Positions 36,565 to 51,200 of a stretch of DNA of 64,000 nt are shown here, piece by piece (position 1 is the stretch's first letter; the number at the start of each line of letters is the position of its first letter). Source of the stretch: Paraspadella gotoi. Its lineage: Eukaryota > Animalia > Chaetognatha. The stretch is from NCBI GenBank assembly GCA_051294375.1, contig CM119264.1:14782682-14846681 (forward strand), in the 5' to 3' direction. The position numbers and the translations under genes are program-made. A model generated the notes under the pieces. That model had not been told where the DNA came from. It saw only the letters and a list, made by a program, of their open reading frames with translations, and ran no database searches.

Positions 36565-39500
36565 CTACAATTCCTCGTCCGGTCCCCTGAGCTCGTTCCC
36601 AATGCCCATGAAAGACTTTCCCCTGATCCCCTGAGGCTCGCTCCAACGTCCCCGCTTAATCCGCTTGGAGAGTCGCTCGATCTTGTCGAGGCTTCTCTTA
36701 TTCCACCTTCGCTGGAAGGCGTTCTTCATCGTTTGCCCTAATCTCTCCACGCGACGCAGCGCCTCCATTCTCCCCGCTGTCTCGTCGGCAGCGGCGGCGG
36801 CTGCGTCGGCTTCGCGCTGGACGGAATCCGTGATGTCGACGGCGTCGTAGAGGTCGTCTTCGTCTGACGAGGAAGAGGAAGAGGAGTTCTCTTCGTCAGC
36901 CGGTGCTGAAGCTGTAATAAAGAGAGAACGGATGAGACTAGTCATTTACATTTTCAAATTCACCTTTACGAATTTAGATTTTTTAAGTTTCACATTATAA
37001 TTAATGTTTTACTTCCTAGTCTAAGGCAATTTTAACAGAAAGCGATCAAATTCTCTCTCTTCAACAATCCACTAATTCAAGGGAAGAGCTTACCTTCGTT
37101 CTCCGGAATATCGGCATTCGCACGATGACGAACGAAGTATCTGTCGGGGGGAAAAAATAGGAATAAAAAATTAATCAGAGTCGAGTCAATATTTTTTTTT
37201 AAAGTTAATCATTATAAATATTTTCCCTCTTCGTATTTTGTAAGTTTGCTTCCCTTCTCCACCTTCATTTCATTCATCTTCGTTATTCAGAATTATCAGA
37301 ATTATCCTCCATTGGGATATCGACGATGTTTGCCTTCACCAATCCGATTATTCCACCCCGGCCCTTGCCCCTGCAGCCACTCACCTCTTCACCCTCCGCA
37401 TCCTCGTTTGGATGTGCTGCTCAAGATCCTTGTCGTGCGTCTGCTTCTCCGGCGTCTTGCGGATAAACTCCAGCGCCTCCACGACGACGGCGACGAAGAG
37501 ATTGAGGACGAAGAAGACGGTGACGACGTTGAAGAGGAAGAAGATTAACTGGGGGATCCAGTTACGGGCCAGGGGTTTGGGGACCACGTCGTTGTAACCC
37601 TGCGGTAAATAGGGAGTAGAATGAACAGACGACAGAGACACAAGATGTCGACAAAGGACTCGCACCCAGAATCCCCAAACGATGAGGGCGCAACTCTTCA
37701 TGGCGTGACCAAGATTTCGAAATGGCGCCAAAAATTGACCGAAGCGAACTTGCAAAAGGCCGCCGAAGCAAAAAAACACGGCGATGAAGATGGTAAGGTA
37801 AAGAAATATTACCCCGGCCGAACCCTGCGAAAGACAAAAAGTCAATTGATTAGTGTTCCGCGCTTTATTTACTCGATCAATCAATCAAATCAATCGATCA
37901 ACCTTCAAGGCCTGCGCAATGATGGAGATGAATCTGTTAAAGGACATTAACCACAGTAGCTGCGAGATAAAGACGAAACCCGCGAGGCCCATGAAGAGGA
38001 CGTACGCCTCGTCGACGGTGCGAAGTTTGTCAAAGCTGACGAATTTCTTGAAGACGCCCTCGAAGCGCTCCTCGCCGTCCACCACGTTGGGGCAGTTGCA
38101 CATTGCCTCGCAGACTTGACGGACGACCTTGGGGTCTAAAAATAAGACAGGAGGAAAGTCGCGATACAAAAACATCAAAATATACCATACAATATTTTTC
38201 TTTTTCAAAAGAGAGCGCCGAACCAGAAGTGAGATTGAGTCGACTTCTCGTCTCGATCTCCGCTTGAGTGTAGCTGCAATCGAGCTCTGACAATTTCTCG
38301 ATTTCGCCTCCAGACAACAGATCATCGCGAGCTTCGGAGCAACTCATTCCGCACTGAAGAAATTTTTAGAAAAAGTTTTTTTTACGCGTATCTTTGTCTC
38401 TTCATTTCGTTTTATTCATCGTCGACGTCGTTGTACGTTGTCGCCAATCGTCGTTGTTTTGTGGTCGTCGTCAAGCCTCGATTCTCATACCTGCGCCGCC
38501 GTGAGGAAGTAGCAGCCTCGCTGAAAGTCGTCGCAGGGAAAGGCTTCACGACTATTCATGATGTCAGTGATCCTCGAGATGGTCATGGGGATGCGGGCGA
38601 TGAAGAGGCCGGCCGCTGTCAGGCCAAAGGCCAGACCGAGGAGCTGGCGAGAAAAATTGGCCGGTTTTCTTGAGATTAATCGACTAAAAGTAGTAAGATG
38701 GTCTCAAAATTCTTTTCTTATGATATAGTAAAAACTTTTTGAATATTCATAAATATTAATTCAATCAAATATTATTACTTTTAAAACTTCTTAACCCTAC
38801 CCTTTCAATCACCTTGATGACGTTGAAGAAATAGGGAAAATAAGAAAAACCGAACTCTTTGATATGAAGAGCCTCTTTGACGAGGAAGAAGAGAAGAGAG
38901 AGCATCCAGATAATCTGGAGGACGAGGATCAAGGTTCCCCATGTTCCCTCGAATGGATAAAGCTTCATGGTATAGAAACTGTCGCGGCGAAAGGTGAAAG
39001 ATTGCGCGATTAGGTTGGTCGTTCCATTTACAGTTAGATCAGCTCAACTGTTTCAATAATAACCAACCTGGCGTACGGAAACATTCCCCCAGACGCCGGC
39101 AACTCGAGCATGAGTTTGACTTGAGTAAAGAGATTCACGTTGGCATTATAAATAGTGAACTCCAGCGATATGGCGCGAGTGAGGGAGTGGAACCACTGGA
39201 ATCGCTCCAGCACTTCCACCAAAGCGCTCCACGAGGTGGATAAGGAGCCGAGCTGCGGAGAATAGGAGCCTCCGTCGTAAACGCGAAAGTCTCCGTCGAT
39301 GGGTTCCGTATCGAGGACGATGGCGGATTGGAAGGCGAAGGGGCCTCTAAATTGGTGGGCGTGGTATAAAAAAAATCACAAGTTTTGAAGTTTTTACATC
39401 CCCTTTTATTTGTTCTCAAAGTTTTACATAACATTTAGGTGACTCGCCTCCTACACTGCGGCGCAAAAAAAAAGTAGCCACTTGTTAGCTATAAATACCT

Positions 39501-42142
39501 CAGTATTTCTTTATTAATTTTTAAAAAATATTTATAAAAAGTATAGCTTTTTTAAAAAGCTATCGATTGGGGCAAGAAAAAAAAATAAATGGTTCAGGCA
39601 GTTGAATATAGCAATACTTTGAAGTCTGAGTCTGAAAACGGAATTGGGAAAAAATGATTTGTGGAGGTTAAGTTGATGATACTTCTTTTTCTGACTGATT
39701 TTAAAAGATAGTTTTTTTATATAGTTTCCTTACTTATTTTAATTTGATTTAGGTTAAAAAATGTTGATACCTATCCCTACAGATATTCAATGCTAAATTT
39801 TTTCAACCAATTTCATATTATAAACATTTTATAATAAGGAAAATTTATTGACTCTTGTTGTAAAAAAAAAATAATAATAATTTCTTTATTTTTCGGTTTT
39901 TTGTACCAATCAACTTTGTCGTCCTATAACTTTTGAACGCTTTGCTCGATTATTTTGGGACTTCGATCTATCGCTTCATCTTTCAAAAAGCTATAGTTTT
40001 TGTTTCTATATCTTTGTAGACATCCAATACAGTTTCTTCGATGTGAAAAAGTGGCTACTTTTTTTTTTGCGCCGCAGCGTCAATGATAAAAATTGACCTT
40101 GGACCAAAAATTCCGAATTGCCCTTGAGACTCCAATGGCTTCCACCAACTGGCGTCGAAGTTTCTCTTCTCTTGAACAGAATCCGTGGTCGAGTAATCAT
40201 CGTCGCAACTCATATTGGGAAAGAGATTGGCTCATGGTTTGGGGTAGATGGCAAGAACCTTGGCGGACCCTGAGATTCAAGATTTAAAAATCGTCAGAGG
40301 AATTGTCTCGTGGAAACATGAATGTTTTGGGACACCAACCAAACTGCCTGATGATGGACGGTCCCAGTCTCAAGTTTTCCGAGGAAATGATGAACCTTTT
40401 CACGTCTTCGTTCAACGTGTTATTACCCGAATCGTTCAGCGGAAACAGATTGGGGAAAGCGTGATTGCGCATCCATCTGAGGAATTGCTCGTAGTTTTCA
40501 ACACTGCGACAAATAAAGGAGAAAAGATTTTTATCATATGTCATTACTTGAATAAAAACATTGTATGATACTGTTTGAGAGAAAATGGAGAGTCTCTGGC
40601 TCCGCCAATCCGGACAACGTCCGCCGTCATCAACTTCAAGAAGTTTGCCGAATGGATTTAGGATTTTAGGGACTAATTCTCGATCGTGCTTTTAAGTTCC
40701 CTCACTCCTTCCCCCACAAATGGCGCGAAGGATCTTTTTTTTTGTTTTGATATTTAAAATGTAAACAACCTGACCTTGAAAGATTCCCGTGGTTGAAGAC
40801 GTCCTTGATATGCGAGTTCATCATGTAGGCGTTGGCGGGTCGGGCGTCGAAAGCGACGATGAGATGAACGACGAGAAAGACGACGAATCCGATTCCAGTT
40901 CTAAAGACGACGATCGCCTTTTCGTTCTGGAGGAGTTTGAAGCGCCTGGACCAACGAGATTGATTACATTCATTACTATATTTTCATTAAGTTAATTCAC
41001 TCGATTCACATTAATTTTCCATATTTTCATTCGACAATTTCGGGAATTTTCACAAATTCGATCATTTGTTTTTGCACCTTTTCTCTACTTTTCTCCCGCT
41101 CCTCTTCGGAGGAAGAAAGTCAACTCCCGCTTTGCCCGCCTCCTCTTTATCTTCTTCCTCTTCCCCCTCGGCTACGTCCGTGCTGTCCTTGCAGTCGGTG
41201 TGAGGGGCGTCGTCCTTCGGTCGGAGCAGCAGACAGGCCAACACCATAGTCACTACAACCACCTGAATATTTTTATTTTTTTTTTGGCCGTTAGAACAAC
41301 CTTGATCATTACTAAAAATCCTTAGGACTAAATTAAACAAAATTATGACTAAATAAATGTTTTCCTTTTTTTTTTTTTATATCGATATCGGCTCCTTTCT
41401 TCTAATATTTTCTGTCTCAAGAGTGAGGAAAAGAATTTAATAATAAAATGGCAGAAATTTTTGATTCAACGTTTTTAATATTTTTGAACCAGAAAAATTC
41501 AATATTTAAAAATTAGATGACAAAATATTTTGTTTCAACAACCTTTCAACAAGCTTAGGTTTTAATTTTCATTCATGTTTCGGCTTTTGGTTTCAAGCCT
41601 TCATCAGCGCTTTTTACAAAACTGACATCAAACACCACGAAAAGAGAAACAATACAATATTTACAAAAAAAAGTAATTCGCAATCTTTAAACAAAAAAAA
41701 TTTTATTTTTTTATAACTATTCTCATTAGCCTTTTAAACGCCTACACACGCTTCACACCCCCCCCCTCGGCGAGGTCTTCCATCAACTCCTCGATCGTCC
41801 GAGCGCAGACTCGCGCTTGCTCATTCGAGACGAGATGATCGAAATGGATCATCGACCAGCAGATTCGCCCGTCGACGGTGACGATGAGGTGGATGAAGGG
41901 TGTTCCGCTGAAAGGCCTCGCGACCGCGTAGAAGGTGGAATGAAGACGAAAGTTTTTCTTCGTCGGCGTCGGCGTCGGCGTCGTCACAGAAGTAGGCGAG
42001 GCCGCGTCGTCATAGGCGCCTCGGTTGGAGATGACGTAGTCGATGCTTGAATCCGCGTCAATAATTTCTTCGCGTCTCTCGGAAAGGCGATGCACCTTTT
42101 TTCAACAAAAGACAGTCGCGGGATTTTCTTATTTTTTTTTTT

Positions 42143-42239
<97 letters not shown>

Positions 42240-45200
42240 TCAACGATGAAACCAGGAAAAAGTCGATGCGCCAACTCCATCCGCCGACTGCGCGCCGAAA
42301 CCGGAAACGCCTCTCGATCGCGTCGAACTTCCTCGGTGAAGCGGCGCGCCACGCTCCAGAATTGGCGCCGTAACAAAGCAGCGTCGTCGGACAGGCGACG
42401 TTGGAAGATCGAGTCGTCGACGTAGCAAGCCAAAGAGGAGACGTCGAAGTCTAGATGTCGACGGAAATTAACGGCGTAAATCGTGCGAATCGTTACCGTC
42501 TCCTCATCTTTACAATTATCTTTTTTTTCCGGTTTTATTTCTCTATTTCCTATCTTCTTTCCTCCTTCCCCTATTGCCACTCCTTTCACTTTGTTTCTCG
42601 ATGTCGAAATTGTCTCTACCAACGCCAGATGCGCCACGGCGTCCAACGTGGCGTGCATCTTGCACCCGTTGCTCTTGCACAGTCGCGAAAAAGCGGCCGT
42701 GGCTTCGCGACTCAAGTGAATCGTCGCTATTCCAGTTTTGGCCGCCAGAGGCAGCACCAAGTCTTTCGAGCGGGCGTGCGTCAGAAGAGCGCAGCGAAAA
42801 GGCTCGATTTCCGCCGGAAGAAGACGTTCCAGGCGCCTGCGCAAATAAACGCCGCATCTTTCGATTGGAGACATTTTCTCAATCTCCTTCGTCAAAAAAT
42901 CCACAGGGGACGGCGGCATCGGGTGAGGCGGCGTCGGGGACCTTCGAGACTCAGCGGCCCCCTCAATCGACTCCAGCTCCTCGAGAAGCTCCTTGATGAA
43001 GGTCATGACGGCAATTCCATCGAGGATCGAATGGTGGAAAGAAACGACGAGACAGTTGAGCCAGGTTTCATCGTTAAGAGGCTCAGGGACGACGAGAAGT
43101 TTGACTCTCCACAGCGGACCATGGGCGCGATTCAAGGGAACGCGAGACTCGGAGAGAAGGACGTGGCGCCAGTCAGATGTCTCGAGTGATTCGAGGGAGG
43201 GCCGGAAGTAGGGCATTTCCTCGAAGATGAGGCGGGAGGAGGAAGAGGAGGACGTGTCGTTCATGACTTTCTTTCCTCCGTCAACTTCCGCGACGCGAAC
43301 TCTCAAAAGGGGATGTCGGTCCGCGATACGCTGCAACGCGACGTGCACCGACTCTTCCTTCATCGGCGCCGCTCCGCTTTCAATAAAGATGGCGTTGACA
43401 TCAAGAAAGTCGTTGTGTCTTTGGCAGGAGTCGAAAAAAGCCTCTGTGGCCGTGAGAAGACGAAGATTTCCGTCCTGGCGAAGCAGCGCCGCCGTTTGGC
43501 GGAAGCTGCGAAGACGGCGTTTGAAATCCCAAAAGAGATATGCGGCAGCAGAGACGAACGCAGCAGATGCCGTTATCGCAGTTATAAGAGTCAATGATTT
43601 ATAGGACATTTTTAAAACTTGTAAGGATTCGATGAAGTTTTCGTATCTAAAACCAAGGCAGGTGGAGAAACAAATATATCTATTCATTAATACTGTGACC
43701 TGGCAATACTTATATGCGATATAAACAGCAGTAGTCGTTCTTTGCATTTAAATATTTCGAGTCGCGTCGTATACTTGAATGCTATAAAATAACCGAGCGA
43801 CGAAAAAAGGCTGTTATCCAGCTTCGAATGAGGGCCTATCAAACTATCAATTCAACCGCGGCAGCTCCGATCAAATCTGAGTGACGAGAGTAAAATGAGA
43901 CGATTAGACATTTGTTTTCCCGAGCAATGCTTGCCATTTCCTCAAGAAGGAAGTGCACGAAAGAATCATGATTAACAAATGAACAACGTATCTTTAGACG
44001 TCCGGAGTATTAAAACATTACAGTTTACATAACATTACATAACAAACAATACATTAGGAAAAACTTTTTTTTTCCAAATCAAATAAAGACGAGGAGACTT
44101 AGATTGAAGCGCAATTAAATAAGTTAGATTTTTTTTAATATAATTAAAAGATAAAAAAATCAACTCACCTTCAAAGGGTCCGTGACTCCGATCGAGAGAA
44201 GAGAGGAAAGGAAAAAGTTTAGCACCCACTCGTTAGATTTTAACTCTCCCCATTGTAAAGAAAAAAGTACAGTGAAGAAGGCGGACACGAACGAAGCCGC
44301 GAACGCGAGAAAATAACCGATGAGGATGAACCACCAAGGTAGGAAGCCTGGGACGAAATATGAACGGATTATTAATTTGAAATTCATTCGATCTTTCCTT
44401 CGACTCACCATCCACATACGGCGCGTGTCTCAATCTCCTCAGCCTGAATATCCCGCCCATGGCGAGGATGACCGGCGCTATGATGGCGGCGGAAATGAGT
44501 GAGGTGTAAAAGTTGTAAAAGGTGAGTCTGATGGATCCGATTCTGATGCCCCCGTCGCCACCGTGAAATTCTGAGTCGGTGCCGTAGAACATCATGTTTG
44601 TCACCTAAAAACATGCTCAATTGTCAACAGGAATAAACGATATGGTTGTTTAACCAGAAAAAATAAAACTTCTAACTTACCATCATGAGGTAAAGAAGAG
44701 TTATGCAGCAACTGAGGCGCTGCACTCGGCTGAATCTCGATCTGAATTTAGAATCACAAAAAAATTCATCAGAATTCAGGTTTATATTTATTTTATTCTC
44801 TTTTTCTTCAATTTCAATTGTTAATTGCATAATGCATATGCGAGGGTCACTGAAGACTGAAGAGGCGCCGCCAATGCTCACCTGGACGTCCTGATAAGCA
44901 GAGAAATCCAGATGTGAAAGTCGAAGACGTTGTGGCGCAGATGCTCCGCAACCAGAGAAGTGAAGGGAAGGGGCAACTCTTCTGACGCCGGTAGGAGTCG
45001 TCGGTAGATCTCGCAATCGTCCTGAGAAAGAGAGATGACTATCAACAACACCGAAACAATAAAAACGACAACAAATCCGCACCTTTGCATTTGAAAACCA
45101 GTGGTTGCAGTCGAAAACGTATTTGTTGCCGCAACCTCCCCTCTCCTCCACGGAGATGTTGTAACAGTACCATTGCGGCGAATCCCCCGAGTGGTTCGTC

Positions 45201-48200
45201 CACACCTCGCAGTGGAGCAGCGTCCCCAGCGGGCGAGGGGAATGGAAGGTAAAGTAGTTGACTCCCCCGCGATGGCACAGCTGGGGAATTGAGTTGCGTG
45301 ACAAAGATTGTATTAATATCGATGACCATAAAAAGACACATTTATTAAACGAAGAACGTATGAAACAGTCATGAAGGAACTTGAAAATGCGAATTGATAA
45401 TCCATGGAAACATTTGTAAGTCGTGGTAATTCAGAGATTTTTCCGTCTTCATGATAAGACGGAAACCATCGGCTTTCTGGAGGCTGGAGTTCAGTTTCTA
45501 ATTTTTACTGACCTCAAAAATAAATGGTCTTTGAAGTTTATCAGTTTTTAATTATTATATTTCGGCTTCACATCACTGACAAAAAATAATTCTTTTGGAA
45601 GAAGTGATACAATTCATGTAAGGCCCCTCCTCAGCAGCCACCGCCTCAGCAGCCACCGCCTCAACATTCGCCCGCTAGACAGCTGCCGCCTACGCCAAAA
45701 CTCAGGTCTTGCCTTGCATTCTCGCTGCGTGAAACTTGACCTCCAACTCGATGTTTTTCTTTGCCATCGCCTCTTTCTTCTTCAAAGTACGAAAGTTCAA
45801 GACTCCGTTGACGATCGTAACCACGCAAGCGATGCAGCCTGAGTGTGGCGTTCGAGAAAAGGAACTGGCGGCAAATTCTCGTCAAATGGTAAAAGAAAAG
45901 ACGTTTCCCCTCTCACTACTCACAAAAAATTCCGAAAATGATTCCGACAATCAGAGCAGAATTCGAGACGTCCGTTTTCGAACCGCACACTGAATGGAGG
46001 GAACGGGTAATACGGTAGCGTAATAAAGCACATTTTCGACAACTGCCGTCTTTGACGTCACTGTTAGTATTGTACTTTTTTTCAGAAGATTATTTCCGTT
46101 ATGCATTTGCGCCAAAAAGACGCCGACAAAACTGACGTGAACAATCCTCTCTGAGAGATGAATGGCTAGAGTGATAAAGATGGCGCGGTAACCTGCAGAT
46201 TCCGAAAAGGAACGGGAATATTTCATATAATAATAATAATAATATAATAATTATAATATAATATAATACTCTCAAGATCTTCATCATGATCAATGATCAT
46301 CGATTTAAGTCGAAGTAAGAAAAAGGTAAATTAAAGTCAAGTGAACTTCAAATGAACCAATATAAACGTAAAATAAAACTAACAACAAAGTAAAATAAGT
46401 TCTGAAGATTAAGCCTAAGGTTAACCGATGTATAATCCTCTTTTCCGATGTAAATGAAAGATGACGGACGAAACAACGATGCTTACAAAGTCGAAGGAGA
46501 AGGAGAACGCGTAGATAATATAGACCATGATGTTCACTCCTGTTCACAATCATTTTTGACTATTATGAAAATTATTAAAAATTAAGAATAAATGTTAAAA
46601 TGAAATTTATTTCACTATATATTGTATTTAATTATATTCTTTATATAAAGTATATTCTTTTATAATTTAATAGGGAGAATATATACAACACAAGGTTAAA
46701 AGTTACTTTCTGCCCTAGTTTTATAATTAGATATTAGACATTATTCTTGTTAAGAAGTCATTTATTGAAAATTCAAAATATCTAAAAGTCTGAACAGAAT
46801 AGAAAGGGGTGGATAGGATAATTTGTTATGGTATTAAGGTTATTTATGATTCGTTATTGTTGAGGGTTAAGACTACAAAGTAAAATTGTATGTTCTTATA
46901 GGGAAAAGGGAAAGCTGTTTAAAGAAAGGAGTGTAAATTTGATAATCCTAAATTCGCCTCCCGTATAGCTTGGTGAAACTCAGCTCGTCCCATTGGCTTG
47001 GACAGCTAAGTACTCGTTCACCAACCATGAGTCCCCTCACGGTCATGCTGGTTAAAGTGTGATGGTGTCGGCATAAACACGCCAGTGATATGGGGTGGTC
47101 ACTGCAGGTCCAAAGCCCTGAGCGCCAGCTGTCGGAAGATGCCTCACACCCCAGGTATCACACATGTCCCTCCGTTGCCATAATAACATATTTTATAAAA
47201 GTTTCTTAGTTTTTTACGGTGAATCCAAATCTGTTCTTAAAAATAAATAAAAAATATTTTGAAATTTAACGATTTTATAAGGATATTACTACATAAATAA
47301 TTGAATTGACTATACTGTTATGCTAAAAAAAATTTTAAAAGGATTTAAAATTCATTAATTACATGTCAATAAGCAGCAAAAAAATAATGTTCAATCACTC
47401 AATCTTTTCATCACTCTACCCTTCTGGACAGTGGACAGACTTTGGTGGTTTAAGGCTTCCATCACTCTTACAAGATAATGACATTACAGGTCCCTGTAAG
47501 CTTTCAATTAAGACTCTCTCTGTCTCGTTTATTCACTCCCAGAGTTCCTGGCTTCCCTATCAATGAAGTGGTATAATATTTCAAAGAATGTTTCAATTGT
47601 ATGTTAATAACATAATATTGTTATTCTTATATTTTAAATTATTACATTACATCTCCGCTCGTCTCCTTCTTTAGAAAGTTCGATCTTCGATCTCACCGAC
47701 AAAGCAGCCGAAAGAGACGACGTCGAGGATCGCGGTGATCGTCACTCCGACGACGACCATTAGATAATCGGATCGAATCTTTTTCTGGGGATCTTCGTAG
47801 TCGTAGTTCTCGCTCGCCAACAACGCTTTGACGTGTGTGTCGGTGAAGACGGGCTTCGACTTCCGAGCGAACACAGTCAGGGGATTCATGCACACGATCC
47901 ACACCAACGAGGACACCAAAGACTGATCGCAAAAGAAAGGGTAAGAATTTGGAAAGAGAACTTGAATGAACGATCGTCTATAACGCCGCGGGTCTGACGA
48001 ATCGATCGAAGGGGGAACCGGAACGACCCGAAAAGATCGTTGGCAAAGCAACACTGTCATAGATTAACCGCGCCAGAGGCAGGCGGCGCCACGGAGGGTC
48101 GGAAGACCCTCAAGCCAACAGTGAAATGCCCCATCTCTACGGGCATCACAGGCAGCCCGGCGGTTGCTATACGCTCCTGTTTACCATAATTGCCATTTCG

Positions 48201-51200
48201 AAAACGGACGTGATGATTCCAGAGGTTTTCAAAACGGAAATCGCGAACCACATCCAAACGGAAAACAAGAGTACGAAGAAAACAGAGCCCATTATCAACT
48301 GTAAAAAGTGATACGTCGCTTGTCACAGATTTTGACCCATTTTCATTTTTCATATATAAAAAACAAATACGTAGCAGATCATTATCAAGTTCACCAACCC
48401 TTGAGGTGTTCCGTGAGCTAGGATCTCCTCTGGTCAATATTATAAAGCGCAGTGAAACGGCGGCCGTTAAGACTCCAGTCACAACCTGGATAAAGGTTTC
48501 AACATTGTAAGATGGTAAGGACGTAAGTATTGTCGCATAATTTTCGGATAAGACTAAGCAAAACAAAGAGAAATAGTAAACGAGAAAAAACAAGAACGGT
48601 AATTCAAATGTGTTGCGCCACAGTGACTGCCTCATCACGTGTTTCTTGTGACATGACATGACATTGCATGACATGATGACGTGACATGACTACATGACTA
48701 CCATAACTTTCTTCGCCCATGTATTTATGACAATGACTGCATCGGAATTTTGTCTTTTGTCTTTTAGTTCCTGAAGGAGGCGCTAGCAGTCCTTTAGATT
48801 TGAGGTTTTTTCTGTCTTAACAAATGAGCAACCAACTACCATGATGGAAAAAAAATGTCGCGGTTACCTTCCAGCTATTTTTTATCATTTCATCGTAAAA
48901 TAAAATTTAAACATCAAAAAATTTTTTTTAATTCATATGAGCTATGTCTCATTTATGTATGACAAAAAATATAAGAGTTCCATGTAAAAGAAAATGATGT
49001 AACAAATATTTATAATGTTCAATTTTATATTTTTATTTATAACTAATTATAGTATTTTTTTATTTATCTTTTATTAATCCATTAATATTAAAAATCCGCT
49101 TTTTCTTAATTGTATGTCAAAAATTATTTCATCATCTTTATTAGGATAGATTCAAAGATGAATCTTGATTTATTAAAAAAAGGTATTAAAATATACTCGA
49201 TTGCACTAATACTCCAGAATATTTTTTATATATTTGTAAAGTATCAATAAAAGTTATAAAGGCTCTAAAAATCTTTCTGTGAGCAAATTAAAATTTTATT
49301 TATCTTTGATATATTATCAGAACCAAGTATTAAAAAATTAAAAAAAAATTAAAATATTTTATTGAATATAAAAGATAATATACTATTACATTATTCAATA
49401 AACTCAAGCCTGGTTTAATTATAGGGATCAATCTTTTTTACTGCTTGCCAAAGACCGTTTTTTTACTACAAATCTGATAAAAAATATAATGTCAGAGATA
49501 TAATATTAATAATAATATGAATAATCCTTTTGATCAAAAAAAGGTAGAAAACAACAACCTATTTTTAAAATATTTATATGCATTAAATCATTTAAAACTG
49601 TTGAAAATATATTTTCTTTTCAGACCTAAAGAGACCATATTATATGTTAAAACCTATTTACTAACCAAAAAAAAAAAGAATTTGACAATTAAATTAACCG
49701 ATTTTTCCAAACCACAAAATTTTTTTTTCCATCATGGTATATGCAAGTTATAAACATTTTTAACGTAAGTGGGAGAGACCGACAGACAGATATACCGAAG
49801 GACCGACGGGCCGACCGATTTATTAAAAGCCTTCAAGTTATTAGTACAAATTTCAGGACTAATAATGTCATATCCGGACGAACATCAACTCAGATGCTCT
49901 TTTGCCTTGCATATATCGATGTTCGTCTTATCGTTCGGGATTCTGCGCTGAAATGGGACTCTCCGAAATAAGTGACGTTTAAACAGTTTATTTGTGGACG
50001 CTAGAATTAGTATTTATTGATTGTATTGAATATCTATATGCTTTTGATTATTTTATTAAGGTACCCTATTTAATATCAAGAAGATACGCGGGTTAAAATA
50101 ATAAAAAAACTTTTTAAAAAAAATTTAAACTTTACGGCGCCCGCCGATCCCGGAGTCCAGCACGATTCTCTCCACGTCTTCTTCCGTCGGCCCCCTCCCC
50201 CGGGTCAAGGAGGAGGTTCCTTCAACAAGGGCCTAATAACTGGCCTATAACTAGTATAAGTATAATGGGTGAAACGACGAAAAGTAGAAAATGCGATTGG
50301 TGACGATTCGAACAACTAATAATGGACATGTTTCGATTTTTGTTGCAAGCACTTATGCTGATGAAGACTTGCATCAAAGTGTCCATTATTAGTAATAAAA
50401 TTATTCGAATCAAAATCAAACTCTCAGTATTGTAACTTAAAAATTCTGCGTGGCCCATAAACCTGATAGACAATAAAACTCGCGGGTTCGGAGCAATTCT
50501 TCTCATAAGGATAGTACAAGGTTGACAGCACGCTGACACCGGCGCACGTGATGAATATGAGGAAAATAACTGTGTTCGAGACGACATCACGGAAAGCGTT
50601 CGGCTGATAGTTGGTCGCCTCCAACTGGAGTTATAAAATCTAAAATCGTATCGTTTTCTAACAAAAAATAAGGATGAACGAAAATGACCAACAAAATAGT
50701 TCCGATCATGAACAAAATTACTTAACGTTTCTGTAGGTCTGAATTTGTGAATTATCTTTAGTCCTTTCGAAACTCGAGGGTGGCCCCGTCAGGCTATCGC
50801 TAACGTCCATACTCCGTTTCGTCAAATCTTCGCGATATTTACTCCACGCGGTGTCGCGCGAGTAGGTCGAGCTTTCGCGTGCGTCTCGTATCCGGTTTTC
50901 GTCAGTATTTAAAGTCTCGCGCGGCGTGAAGCGCGGCGTTGTGTGTGGCGAACCTTTCGGCGCTTTGTACTGCAAGATCGTCATCAGGATTTTGTCACTA
51001 TTGGCCCTCTTGATCGGAAGGGCTTCGCTCTCGACAACCCGAACCGGTACGCCCTCTCTCCTCGTCCGCTTTTTCGGTGGGCGAACGCTCCCGGTGAGAG
51101 ACGGGACCGGTTTCCCCCTTTCTTGTTTTCGCGGCGTTTTGGTGGAGGAGTCTTTCTCTTTCTGCTTGGACGTCGGGCGAGATTTACCGATTGAATCCAT

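Noticed and set aside
42043-43604. Plus-strand ORFs overlapping the acyltransferase
   Set aside because: Antisense shadows of GC-rich coding sequence; the same applies to shadows over the actin, GPCR and polycystin exons.
41984-43747. 587-aa single ORF or bacterial NRPS contaminant
   Set aside because: The ORF reads through a spliceosomal intron (ER-repeat stretch), there are no A/T domains, and it is embedded among host exons.
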